Origin: an uncultured Phycisphaerales bacterium | Lineage (GTDB): Bacteria > Planctomycetota > Phycisphaerae > Tepidisphaerales > Tepidisphaeraceae | Assembly: GCA_963844715.1 (NCBI GenBank) | Contig: CAWJPJ010000006.1 | Span: 768,001 to 832,000 of the forward strand | Reading direction: 5' to 3' | Length of the DNA stretch: 64,000 nt | In this document: positions 9,451 to 19,031 of the stretch, in pieces | How positions within the stretch are numbered: the stretch's first letter is position 1 | How the letters are laid out: every line of letters begins with the position of its first letter | Notes under the pieces: generated by a model | Databases searched by the model: none | Seen by the model: the letters and a program-made list of their open reading frames with translations, nothing else | Told to the model about the DNA's origin: nothing | Made by a program: the position numbers and the translations under genes

Positions 9451-10095
9451 TTACCAGTGTTCGCCCAGGATTTGGTCTACGCAGCGGTAGCTGTATTTGG
9501 CGGCGAAGCGTTCGTACATGGGGCCGTCGCCGGCCTGGGATTTGTCGTACCAGCCGCCTTCGGCGAGCCAGAGGTCTCGGCGCATCACGAGCTGCATGGC
9601 GTCGATGTTGTTAAGTACGGGCGGATTGCCGGTGAGTGTGAGGGTGTATTCCGGATGATTGGGGAAGAAGACCATGACGTCCCTGGCGCGCTGAAGTCCG
9701 CGGCAGAGGACGCTGTAGATGATGATGCCATTGGGGTCGAAGACGCGGCCGGTGCCCTCTTCGACGACGCGCGGGGGGCGGTCGATGGCTTTGGAGATTT
9801 CCTCGAGGGCGTTGGGATAAAGGACATTGTCGGAATTGAAATGGATGAGGTAGTCGCCCTTGGCGTCCCGGATACCGCGGTCGCGCTGGGAGTGGCCCCA
9901 GTCATCCGTGAATTTGTCCATGCAGATAAGCGGGACGGGCATGGGGAGGGAGGAGTCGAGGAGCGGGCCGTTGTGATAGGCGAGGAGTTCGTAATCTTTG
10001 TAGGTCTGGGCCTGGATCGATCCGATCGCGCGGACGAGTTCCGCGTGCGTGGTGGCGCCCTGGTAATGAGGCAGGATGATGGAGAATCTGGGCAT
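9451..10095 (-). CDS. GT2-family glycosyltransferase
   Basis: FSIILPHY, SIQAQTYKDYEL, RDRGIRDAKGDYLIHFNSDN. Confidence 0.85.
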   Translation of the reverse strand: MPRFSIILPHYQGATTHAELVRAIGSIQAQTYKDYELLAYHNGPLLDSSLPMPVPLICMDKFTDDWGHSQRDRGIRDAKGDYLIHFNSDNVLYPNALEEISKAIDRPPRVVEEGTGRVFDPNGIIIYSVLCRGLQRARDVMVFFPNHPEYTLTLTGNPPVLNNIDAMQLVMRRDLWLAEGGWYDKSQAGDGPMYERFAAKYSYRCVDQILGEHW

Positions 10096-10103
10096 GAGTG
10101 TCC

Positions 10104-11366
10104 TTACAGGCCGGGGGCGGGTTGCGAGGGAGGTGGCGACGCGGGTTGCTCGGCGGGTTGGGTGGCGGGTTGGATGGGGCCGAGATCTGTACCGGGGTCG
10201 ACGGATTGCTGGGGTGGATAGGACTTCAGGGTGTTGTGCTTGAAGTCGTCCTCGACTTGCTCGACGGTGAGGTCGGGATCCACGTCGAGATTCTTGGTCG
10301 CCCAGGCGGTCATGAGGGAGCCGCCTTCCTGCATGCCCTTGTCGGCGGGCGGATTGGTCTCGATGGGATCGTCGAAGGAATTGAACAGAGCGGTCAGGTC
10401 GATGGCGATCTGGACGTGCGATTTATCGGGGGCGGTGACGGCGGCGGAATTGAGGAGACGGCCGAGTTTTTTGCGCAGATCGACGACATCGGGTTTTTCG
10501 TCGGGCTGCTGCTGAAGGAGCTGGTCCTCGATGCCGGCGCGGAAGGCGTTGGCGAATTGAACGCACCCAGCGACGTCGGCGTCGGTCAGGTGAAGGGTGA
10601 GGGTGATCTGGTCGGCGCTTCGGACGATGGGGAGTTTGCCGGCCAGGAGATCGTCGCGGACCATTTGCAGGCTTTGGGGATCGAAGGGGATTTGCACCGC
10701 AGGCGTCGGAGCGGGCTGAGTGGCAGCGGCGCCTTCATCGATTCGCAGGGAAGCGATGGCCTGGGTGAGGACGGCTTGAGTAAAATCGTCCCACGAGACG
10801 GCGGATTGCTGCTGGTTGCGCTGGGCGATGAGCTGGTCGAGCAGAGCCGAGGGCATGTTTTTGCCGGGCGTAGCGATGCGGCGGCTGAGATAGGCGAGGG
10901 TGGCGTCGGCAATTTTGCCGGGGACGATCACCTGATGGTAATAGCAGAGATTGTCGGGGCCGCGGAGAAAGAATCGGCCGGGGAGGATGGTGATGTCGGC
11001 GACGGGAATGGAGTCCGGATAGGATTTCAGGCCGTTGGGGGGAGATTCGGTGAGGGGAAGATCGACCCAGCGATCAGCCGTGTAGCGAAGAATGGCGGAC
11101 TCCCCCCACTCTTCGAATGTCGCGTCCTCGGGGACGATGATCAAGTTCTGGCGGTTCTCGTAAAGGGCGGCGAGCCATTTCTGGTCGGCGTCCTGGTTCG
11201 CGACCTTATCGCCCATGATGTGCTGATAAACGGTGAGGAAGCGGAATTGGTCGGTTTGGGGTTCGTAGACGGCGGAGACGGTTTTTACGGCAGTGAGACA
11301 GCCGGGGAAGAACAGGGCGAGGAGACACGCGCCGGTTAGGAAGACGGCTCGTCTTGGGGTGGTCAT
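10104..11366 (-). CDS. Hypothetical lipoprotein
   Basis: long ORF with typical codon use, lipobox-like FPGC, ATQP-rich tail. Confidence 0.7.
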   Translation of the reverse strand: MTTPRRAVFLTGACLLALFFPGCLTAVKTVSAVYEPQTDQFRFLTVYQHIMGDKVANQDADQKWLAALYENRQNLIIVPEDATFEEWGESAILRYTADRWVDLPLTESPPNGLKSYPDSIPVADITILPGRFFLRGPDNLCYYHQVIVPGKIADATLAYLSRRIATPGKNMPSALLDQLIAQRNQQQSAVSWDDFTQAVLTQAIASLRIDEGAAATQPAPTPAVQIPFDPQSLQMVRDDLLAGKLPIVRSADQITLTLHLTDADVAGCVQFANAFRAGIEDQLLQQQPDEKPDVVDLRKKLGRLLNSAAVTAPDKSHVQIAIDLTALFNSFDDPIETNPPADKGMQEGGSLMTAWATKNLDVDPDLTVEQVEDDFKHNTLKSYPPQQSVDPGTDLGPIQPATQPAEQPASPPPSQPAPGL

Positions 11367-11383
11367 GGGGGGGAGTATAATGA

Positions 11384-11512
11384 CGAAATCCGAAACCAGA
11401 AACCCGAATGACGAATCAAGCCCGAATGCCCAAATGACCGAATGTTTCGTCATTTGAGCATTCAGTCATTTGGTCATTGATTCGTCATTCTGGTTTCGGG
11501 TTTCGGGTTTCG
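11384..11512. repeat. Long hairpin built of 7-8 nt units, family B
   Basis: CGAAATCCGAAACCAGAAACCCGAATGACGAATCAA and its inverted copy; sibling at 23649-23772. Confidence 0.85.
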
Positions 11513-11560
11513 GCCGGTGGCGGTTGCCACCGGACGAGATCGCCTATATTTAGGTAAGCG

Positions 11561-13745
11561 ATGAGCGATCAATTGGCTGGTGACGAACTTCTGGCAGGTT
11601 TGACGGAGCCGCAGAGGCGGGCGGTTACCCATGTGGATGGGCCGCTTTTGATTATTGCGGCGGCGGGGAGCGGGAAGACTCGGGTGATTACGCGGCGAGT
11701 GGCTTATTTGCTCAGCCAGGGGATTGAGCCCAGTTCGGTTCTGGCAATTACGTTTACGAATAAGGCGGCGGGTGAGATGAAGCAGAGAATCGCGGCGGCG
11801 AGCACCGTTGCGATCCGGGATTGGGGGCGGCTGGATCAGCCTTGGCCGATTATTTGCACGTTTCACTCACTGTGTTTGCGGATTTTGAAATTTTATGCGG
11901 GGGTGATCGGGCTGCCTGCGAATTTCAGCGTGTTTGACGCCGCGGACCAGAGCCGGCTCATCAAGGAGGCGATCAAGAGTTTGGAGCTGCCGGCGACGCA
12001 GTTTGTGCCAGGCGCGGTGCATGGGACGATCAGCAATGCGAAGAATAAACTGATCGACGCGAAATCTTTCGCGGAGCAGGCGGGGGACTTTTTCTCGCGG
12101 GCGGTGGCGCGAATCTATCTGAAATATCAGCAGCTTCTTCAGCAGAACGCGGCGCTGGATTTTGATGATCTTTTGATGCGGACGACGCAGGCACTGCGCG
12201 ATCATCCGCAAATTTTGAAGGAACTTCAGGAGCGATTCAGCTACATCCTGATCGACGAGTATCAGGATACCAATCATGCGCAATACATCTTGGCGCACGC
12301 GCTGGCGATGAAACACCGGAATTTGTGCGTGGTGGGCGATCCGGATCAGTCGATCTATGCGTGGCGCGGGGCGGATGTCGGGAATATTTTGGATTTTGAG
12401 AAGGATTATCCGGATGCGCTGGTGGTGCGGCTCGAGCAGAATTACCGGTCGACGAAGACGATTCTGGCGATCGCCGATGCGCTGATCGGGCACAACAAGA
12501 GGCGGAAGGAAAAGAAACTCTGGACGGATAACGCACAGGGGGAAAAGGCGCGGGTGCTGCTTTGCCAGGATGAGCATGATGAGGCAAACGCCGTCAAGGA
12601 AGAGTTGGCGGGGCTGAATCGGACGGGGGTGCCTTGGAGCAAGATGGCGATTTTTTACCGGATGAATTCGCTGTCGCGCGTGATGGAGGATGCGCTGCGG
12701 CGCGGGGGGATTCCTTATCAGATCGCGCGCGGGGTGGAGTTTTATGGTCGCAAGGAAATCAAGGATGTGCTGGCGTATTTGCGTGTGATCGCGAATCCTT
12801 CCGATCAGGTGAGTTTGGAGCGGATTGTGAATGTGCCGGCGCGCGGGATTGGGAATAATTCGTTGAAACTCGTCGAGGCGTTTGCGGTGGGCAATGGGAT
12901 TGGGATATCGGAGGCGTTTTTCGCGCGGGGGAGATCGAGGGGTTGCCTACTCGGGCGCAGGGGGCAGTGGCGAGCTTTGTGAGGATGATTGAAGGGTTGC
13001 GGGCAGCGGCGGCGCAGCCGGGCAGTGTGCAGGCGATTATGGAACAGACCGTGCGAGCCAGCGGGCTGGAACAGATGCTGCGGAAGGAAAACCCGGATGG
13101 GGAAGACCAGGCGGCAAACGTCGCGGAATTGATCTCGGCGGCGGCGGAATACGACAAAGAAAACCCGCAGGGCTCGCTGGCGGATTATCTGGCGGCGGTG
13201 AGCCTGGTCAGTGATGCGGACAAGGTCGAGGGGTCGCAGGGATCGGTGACGTTGATGACCCTGCATGCGGCCAAGGGGTTGGAGTTTCCAGTGGTGGCGA
13301 TGATTGGGCTGGAGGAGGGATGCCTGCCGCATGCGCGGGCTCAGGATAATCCGGATGATCTGGAAGAAGAGAGACGGCTTTGCTTTGTGGGGATCACTCG
13401 GCGCAAGAGAGACTCATTTTAAGCAAGGCTACTTATCGAACCATTCGGGGGAGGCGCGAACGGACGGCGACGAGTCAATTCCTGGCGCAAATGCCGGTGG
13501 AATTGTTGGAGGTCATCGAGACGGGCGGGGCCCCGGATATGGGCGGCCGGTCGTATGAAGCGGAGGAAGAAGATGAGCCTTGGACGGAATTTCGGATCGG
13601 GCAAAGAGTCAGGCATCCGGCGTTTGGGATGGGGAAGATCGTGGATCTCGCCAAGTCGGCGGCGAGCACAAAGGCAATCGTCGTGTTTGATCGGGTGGGC
13701 CAGAAGACGCTGATTTTGCAGTATGCGAATCTGTCAGCACTTTGA
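11561..13745 (+). CDS. uvrD: UvrD/PcrA ATP-dependent DNA helicase (2 apparent frameshifts, ~12923 and ~13401)
   Basis: AAAGSGKT, TFTNKAA, IDEYQDTN, VGDPDQSIY, LEQNYRS, TLHAAKGLEF, EEERRL, C-terminal RVRHPAFGMG domain. Confidence 0.95.
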
Positions 13746-13805
13746 TTTTCTTACCGCAACGGCGGGTAGACTCCGAACGCGAAGAAAAACAAGAAAAAAA
13801 CATTT

Positions 13806-13888
13806 AACCATGGATTTCGCGGATTACACGGATGAAGAAAAGAAATTTGAATTTGGTTTTATCCGCGTTATCCGCGAAATCCGTGGTT
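13806..13888. repeat. Hairpin of 9-nt CGGAT-core units, family C
   Basis: AACCATGGATTTCGCGGATTACACGGAT vs ATCCGCGTTATCCGCGAAATCCGTGGTT: 28-bp arms, 3 mismatches. Confidence 0.85.
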
Positions 13889-14566
13889 CTATTTTTTTGT
13901 TTTTTGAGTTTGTGTTGGGGACTGGCGTTGGGGGACTCAGGAGCTACGACGGAGGCCGATTCGGACGATCCGCCTGTCGCGGCGGAGATGGCGCCTTCTT
14001 ATATCGCGATTGGGCGGGATTTGTCCCTGCGGCTGAGTCTGGTTCGGCGGTCTGTCGATGAGCTTTCGCTTGATCCGCGGGTGCGGGGGCAGGCTAATGC
14101 GGTGCTGAATTCGTGTCAGCAGGAAGTGGATGATCTGGTTGGGCAGATGGAGAAGGGGGCGTTGCCTTCCAGCAGGAAGGTGCTGGGGGTGCCGGGGGAT
14201 TTGCGGGCGGGGAGGAGTGAGCTTTATGAGATCATCGGGCCGCAGGAGAGTGAGCAGTTGGATGAGATGCTGCGGTCGCTGCGCGGGGAGGCGAGGTCTA
14301 CGCTGGCACATGTTCGATTGATGTTGCAGGAGATGATCCCCCCGCCGGTGGAGATGCGGAAATGCGAGGGGATTATTTCGGCGGCGGAGGGGAAGGCGGA
14401 GAGTTTTCCGCATTTGGATTTATCGGCGGAGGAATATGACGCGCAGAGAGGGAAGCTGGATGGGATCCTCAAGTCGGTCGAGGAGCAGTTGGATGGGGTT
14501 TTGACGCCGGGGGAGTTGGAGCGATTGGGGCCGCGGTTTACGGCGTCATTCCCGGCGACGAAGTAG
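13832..14566 (+). CDS. Hypothetical exported helical protein
   Basis: signal-peptide-like N-terminus; helical body ending VLTPGELERL (LTxxQ-like). Confidence 0.65.
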   Translation: MKKRNLNLVLSALSAKSVVLFFCFLSLCWGLALGDSGATTEADSDDPPVAAEMAPSYIAIGRDLSLRLSLVRRSVDELSLDPRVRGQANAVLNSCQQEVDDLVGQMEKGALPSSRKVLGVPGDLRAGRSELYEIIGPQESEQLDEMLRSLRGEARSTLAHVRLMLQEMIPPPVEMRKCEGIISAAEGKAESFPHLDLSAEEYDAQRGKLDGILKSVEEQLDGVLTPGELERLGPRFTASFPATK

Positions 14567-14738
14567 AGTGTGTGCGCAGATAAGAATGGGCCGGTTTTTT
14601 TGAGTCTGATCTCAGTAATATCGGCCTGCTGGCGCGCGAGGTGAGATTCAACGTTGTTAGAGCTTCTTCCGGTTTCACGGATGCGGGACAGCCCAGTATC
14701 CGATTGAAGGCAATTGCGTCGAACGATAGAATCGAAGT

Positions 14739-15233
14739 ATGGGGTCGAAAAGCGAATCGCCGGCCACTATCGCAAATGCATCCTCTAACTTTCGCTTGTT
14801 CGAGGCAGGAATTTATCTTTTCCTTTTTCTTTGCATCGGCGTTGCTATTTGTTTAGATGTCGTCGGGCGTTATTCTCGGTACCAAGTGCAGGAATGGGAA
14901 AGCCATTACGCGCAAGTGGACGCGATGTTCAAAAAAGGTGCATGGCATGGAGTATTGTACGTCCGCTTTGTGAATTTTCCGCAAAACAAAAATTGGATCG
15001 CCCGGGATCTTTTTACTCGCGGTGTATATGCGCTTTATCCGCATAGCGTTCTGGCGGGGGATCCTTCGGCGCCCACTTTTTCACCTGACCAATTGATGGC
15101 TGCTAATTTCGAGCCGGACCCGCAATGGCTTTTTCAACACGACATTGGCAGTGAGGTCACCTTTACGCTCCAACCCGAAGGCTTGGTTGATACCTATCGG
15201 CGATTCGTGTTTTCGAGCACCGAGGACCGCTAA
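14739..15233 (+). CDS. Hypothetical membrane-anchored protein
   Basis: one N-terminal TM, YALYP motif; stop overlaps next start (TAATG). Confidence 0.6.
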   Translation: MGSKSESPATIANASSNFRLFEAGIYLFLFLCIGVAICLDVVGRYSRYQVQEWESHYAQVDAMFKKGAWHGVLYVRFVNFPQNKNWIARDLFTRGVYALYPHSVLAGDPSAPTFSPDQLMAANFEPDPQWLFQHDIGSEVTFTLQPEGLVDTYRRFVFSSTEDR

Positions 15234-16613
15234 TGACCGTCGCAGGGATCTGGTGCTCGATTTATCTTGCATGTTTGCTGGTGACGGGATGGGGGGGTTT
15301 GTAGCCTCATTTTGCCCAATCGACCACGCATCGACTTTGCCGGATTTGCGGCTTGTTTAGGACCGGGAATTCTCTCACTGACGTTAATCGCTTTTTCAAT
15401 GGCGGGTTGGCGGCCAAGCCGAATCCTCATATTGTTCCTCGCTTTTGTCTGGGGCATCCTCGGAATCGTCGCGCTTCGAAAGCGATGGACTCGATTCGGG
15501 ATGAATGCGCCAGCTTTCCCCGTTTCGATGCTCTCTAAGATATGGATATTTTTTTGTCTGGCCGCGCTCGGGTACGGGATTTTTATCGTCGCACGTAAGG
15601 CGCTATTTCAATCGGTCATCGAAGGAGACGCGTTTCAAATATGGCAATTGAAGGCGAAGGTTTTGGCAACCGTTCCAATGACTCCAAGGCCGGCTTATTT
15701 TTCCGACGTCAGCTTAAGTTACAGCCACCTAAAATATCCGGTCCTATTCCCCATGCTATCTGCGGGCGTTCACGCAATGACCGGCGGCCTCAATGATGAA
15801 CTTGGAAAAGCGCCGGAACTGCTTCTATATTTGGGCATGGGCGCCGTGGTTTTCGGCGCCGTACTGGAATTCAATTGTTGGAGCGCTGCATTTGCCGCAG
15901 CGGCTCTTTTATTAACGATTCCGAATTTTCTAGCTTATGCCGGCGGCGGAATGGCAGATACGGCCTTGGCGGCGTTCTATGCGTGCGCCATCGTTTCAAT
16001 ATTGCGCTGGCAGGCTGAGCGGCGCGTTGCCGATTTGGTCGCAGCGCTGGTTTCCACAATCTGCATGGCGTGGACGAAAAATGAAGGCATGGCGCTGGCG
16101 ATAATCAATGTCCTGACGATCTTCTTGCTCACGCCCCAACCCTTAAAAATTCGACAGATTCGCCTCGCGGCCCTCTTTGCCTTGGTGTTGGGCGCGGCGA
16201 TTTTGCCCTGGATCGTCTATACCCGGGATTTGCCGGCAACGGACGAGGACTACGCGGGCCGATTGAACGTTGCTCAACTGATCGCCGGCGGGAGCCGCAT
16301 ACCCACAATTGCGCAGAGCATGCTGGGCGAATTTATGGACTGGCGCCGGTGGGGTGTATTTTGGATCGCGCTCTTGGTTGTGCAGCTTATCAATTGGCGG
16401 AGTTTGCGCAATCGATCGATTGCAACGCTCTGGTTTCTATTGATTCTGCAGATATTGGCCTATTTCCCGCCGTATATGGTGACGACATGGCACTTAGAAG
16501 AATTGCTGAGGTTTTCACAAACCCGACTTTTGCTACACGCCGCACCCGCTGCCGCTCTGATTGTGGGGCTGCAGTTGCCTCGTGACAAACCGAAGCCCAC
16601 CCAAACGGGTTGA
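15233..16613 (+). CDS. Polytopic GT-C (ArnT/PMT-like) membrane glycosyltransferase (frameshift in G-run ~15291)
   Basis: about 12 TM segments, EGDAFQIWQLKAK, HLKYPVLFP, MADT, WTKNEG. Confidence 0.7.
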
Positions 16614-16683
16614 TCAGGGATTGACCAGCCGGCTGAAGTCGATTGACTCTCTCGCCCAAACATATTCGGGCGCATCGCGCCGT

Positions 16684-16716
16684 CTTCCCTTGAGTGCGCG
16701 GGGATAAGGGATAAAA
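16684..16716. repeat. Degenerate family A REP-like hairpin
   Basis: CTTCCCTTGAGTGCGCGGGGATAAGGGATAAAA resembles the family A half. Confidence 0.4.
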
Positions 16717-16721
16717 AGTGA

Positions 16722-17073
16722 TTACATGTTTTCGAGATTTTTTGCGTGTTGAGAGCCGTCGCTTAGGTGGGTGAAATCGGGCGGCGTTGGGGGTGGCTTC
16801 AATTGGGATCGCTTGGCTTCTTTGTGGAAATGTCTGGCCCATTTTGCGCATTGGATTCCCAGCAGGAGCAAGGCGATCGCGGCGGCGATGTAGAGGAATT
16901 GGGCCAACAGGGTTCGGCGGTAGGAAATAAGTTCGTGGATGATTTGGATGATGGTTACGGCGCAGCCTATTGCGGCGATGATGCAGTACGAGCGGCTGCG
17001 GTAAGCGGCGCAGCAGGGCGGCCAGTTGGCGGATGCGCAGGCCGTTGAGTTCGTCTTCGTGCGGGTCGGTCAC
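16722..17073 (-). CDS. Small 2-TM hypothetical protein (frameshift ~17008)
   Basis: joined reading: DELNGLRIRQLA..RRAAYRSRSYCII..PDFTHLSDGSQHAKNLENM. Confidence 0.6.
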
Positions 17074-17150
17074 GGGGAAAATTCTAACTTGCGTGGTCGG
17101 CTGGCGAAAAGATGGGGCGGGGCTTAATCTTCCCGGCGGAAGGAGGCCGG

Positions 17151-18011
17151 ATGACACTTCTCCAGGCTTTGATTCTTGGTGCGCTGCAAGGTATTGCGGA
17201 ATTGTTTCCGATCAGTTCGCTGGCGCAGACGATTTTGCTGCCGGCGATGCTGAAATGGAGCATGAGCAGCCGGGAGAATCCGGATTTTCTGGCGTTTGTG
17301 GTCCTGCTGCATCTGGCGACGGCGGTCGCGCTCGTGCTCGATTTTTGGAAGGACTGGAAAATCGTCGTGCTGGCCTGGATCGGGAGCGCGAAGAAGGGGC
17401 AACTGGTTTACGACGAGGCGAGCAAGTTCGCCTGGCTGCTGGTGGCGGGGACGATCATCGTCGGAGCGATCGGACTGGTGTTTGAAAAGAAACTGCGCAA
17501 GCTGTTTGAGGACCCAAAATATATATGGGTGGTGGCGGCCGTGCTGGTGCTGAACGGCGTCATTATGATTCTGGCGGACGTCGTCAAAAAAGGAGCGGAA
17601 AAAAGGGAAGGCGAGGGGGCGCAACGGAAGCGGGCGCCGGAATTAACGTTTATCGAAGGCGCGGCAGTCGGCGCGACGCAGGCGTTTGCACTAATACCGG
17701 GGATTTCGCGCAGCGGCATGACAATCGTGGCGGGACTCCTGGCGGGGTTGAGCTACGACGAGGCGGCGCGGTTTTCGTTCATGCTGGCGACGCCGGTGAT
17801 TGGATTGGCGGCACTATTGAAAGTGCCGAGCCTGCTTAAGCCAGAGGCCCGGCACATGCTGAACGTGGGGATTCCGGCGGCGGTGGTGGCGGGCATAACG
17901 GCTTACCTAAGCACGAAATTCCTGATGCGATATTTTCGGCACAACCGGCTGGCCCCGTTCGGCGCGTTTTGTATCGTGTGGGGAGCGTTCGCGCTATATT
18001 TGCTTCATTGA
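17151..18011 (+). CDS. uppP: Undecaprenyl-diphosphate phosphatase
   Basis: LQGIAELFPISS, HLAT, LIPGISRSG, AARFSF. Confidence 0.95.
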   Translation: MTLLQALILGALQGIAELFPISSLAQTILLPAMLKWSMSSRENPDFLAFVVLLHLATAVALVLDFWKDWKIVVLAWIGSAKKGQLVYDEASKFAWLLVAGTIIVGAIGLVFEKKLRKLFEDPKYIWVVAAVLVLNGVIMILADVVKKGAEKREGEGAQRKRAPELTFIEGAAVGATQAFALIPGISRSGMTIVAGLLAGLSYDEAARFSFMLATPVIGLAALLKVPSLLKPEARHMLNVGIPAAVVAGITAYLSTKFLMRYFRHNRLAPFGAFCIVWGAFALYLLH

Positions 18012-18012
18012 C

Positions 18013-18097
18013 GCCCGCGTGGCGGAACGGCAGACGCTACGGACTTAAAATCCGTTGACCAGAAATGGTCGTGTGGGTTCGACTCCCACCGTGGGCA
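18013..18097 (+). tRNA. tRNA-Leu(TAA)
   Basis: GCCCGCG/CGTGGGC acceptor stem, ACGGA-CTTAAAA-TCCGT anticodon arm, long variable arm, GGTTCGACTCC T-arm; CCA not encoded. Confidence 0.97.
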
Positions 18098-18519
18098 CTG
18101 GGATTTGCCTTTTTTGGCCGGACGAGCCGGACTCGGGCCGAGTGGGCGGGGACGTCCGGAGGGTGGCCGCAATCGAGCGTGGCGAGTTCGGCTTCGATTC
18201 TGCAATTGATCTCGACTTGAAGCGCTTCCTCAAGCCGGCGGGCGCGGACAGTGTCCATGCGGGTGTCGAAGGAAATCACCTTGGCGATCTCGACGGCACG
18301 CTCTAGCTCGTCGGGCTGGACGTCCAGGACGCAATCGGACAGAAAATCGCGCAGGTAATCCTCATTGACCTCTTTGTGAACGAGATCGGCGACGGCGCTG
18401 TAGACTTCGTCGAATTCGTGCGCGACGCGGTGGGAGATGGGATCGAGGACGGCGGGCGAATGCACCTCGCCGCGGATGCGATCGCACAATTTCCGGTAAC
18501 AATCCGAGCAGACAGTCAT
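18037..18519 (-). CDS. Hypothetical protein with N-terminal CxxC; 3' end overlaps the tRNA antisense
   Basis: MTVCSDCYRKLCD..., genome-typical codon use. Confidence 0.6.
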   Translation of the reverse strand: MTVCSDCYRKLCDRIRGEVHSPAVLDPISHRVAHEFDEVYSAVADLVHKEVNEDYLRDFLSDCVLDVQPDELERAVEIAKVISFDTRMDTVRARRLEEALQVEINCRIEAELATLDCGHPPDVPAHSARVRLVRPKKANPSAHGGSRTHTTISGQRILSP

Positions 18520-18894
18520 GTTGGCACACCCTTGCCACTTAATGAGAACTGAGGGACGTGCGGTACCGGGAATATGGGGCCGGGAGGTGCCGCCGCCAAG
18601 GGCGATCGGGGGCGGAATCGTAGTAAGTCTTTGTTGGAGAGTGGGTTTGAGCGGACAGAATGAGGTGGTAGGGTTGCAACGATTATAAGGGATGGAGCGC
18701 GATGGATGCTTCGGCGGATAATCAATTACTAGAGGAAGCGAAGGGGTTTCATCGCGCCGGGAATTTTGGGGAAGCGGAGAAGTTGTATCGGAAGTTTCTC
18801 GAGGCGCAGCCGCCTTGACGGGGCAGATATGCCAGGCGGCTGATGCCTGGAGGGAAGCGCGGGAAATTTCGAATGAGGAGTGGACGGAGACGAT

Positions 18895-19014
18895 TCGCGC
18901 GGATCGCTGCGGGGAAGGCTCGCGGCATCGCGGCTGATGGATTCGAAGCGATTTGCGAGGGATTTTGAGGCGGCGTATCGCGCGATGTGGAAGAACTGGT
19001 GCGCGGGGCGGTAG
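18895..19014 (+). pseudogene. C-terminal relic of a TPR-GT41 gene
   Basis: GSLRGRLAASRLMDSKRFARDFEAAYRAMWKNWCAGR* matches the C-termini of the four full paralogues; no upstream body. Confidence 0.75.
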
Positions 19015-19031
19015 CATGTACGATCAGAATA

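Noticed and set aside
11384..11512. CRISPR-like array
   Set aside because: Units are 7-8 nt with no unique spacers, and there are no cas genes.
18013..18097. tRNA-anchored prophage or genomic island
   Set aside because: No integrase, and no duplicated tRNA 3' end seen in the window.
18521..18536. sigma54 promoter TTGGCACACCCTTGC
   Set aside because: The GG-GC spacing is 9 rather than 10 (unless a C was lost); it may simply be a TGGCA-N6-TGCCA palindrome.
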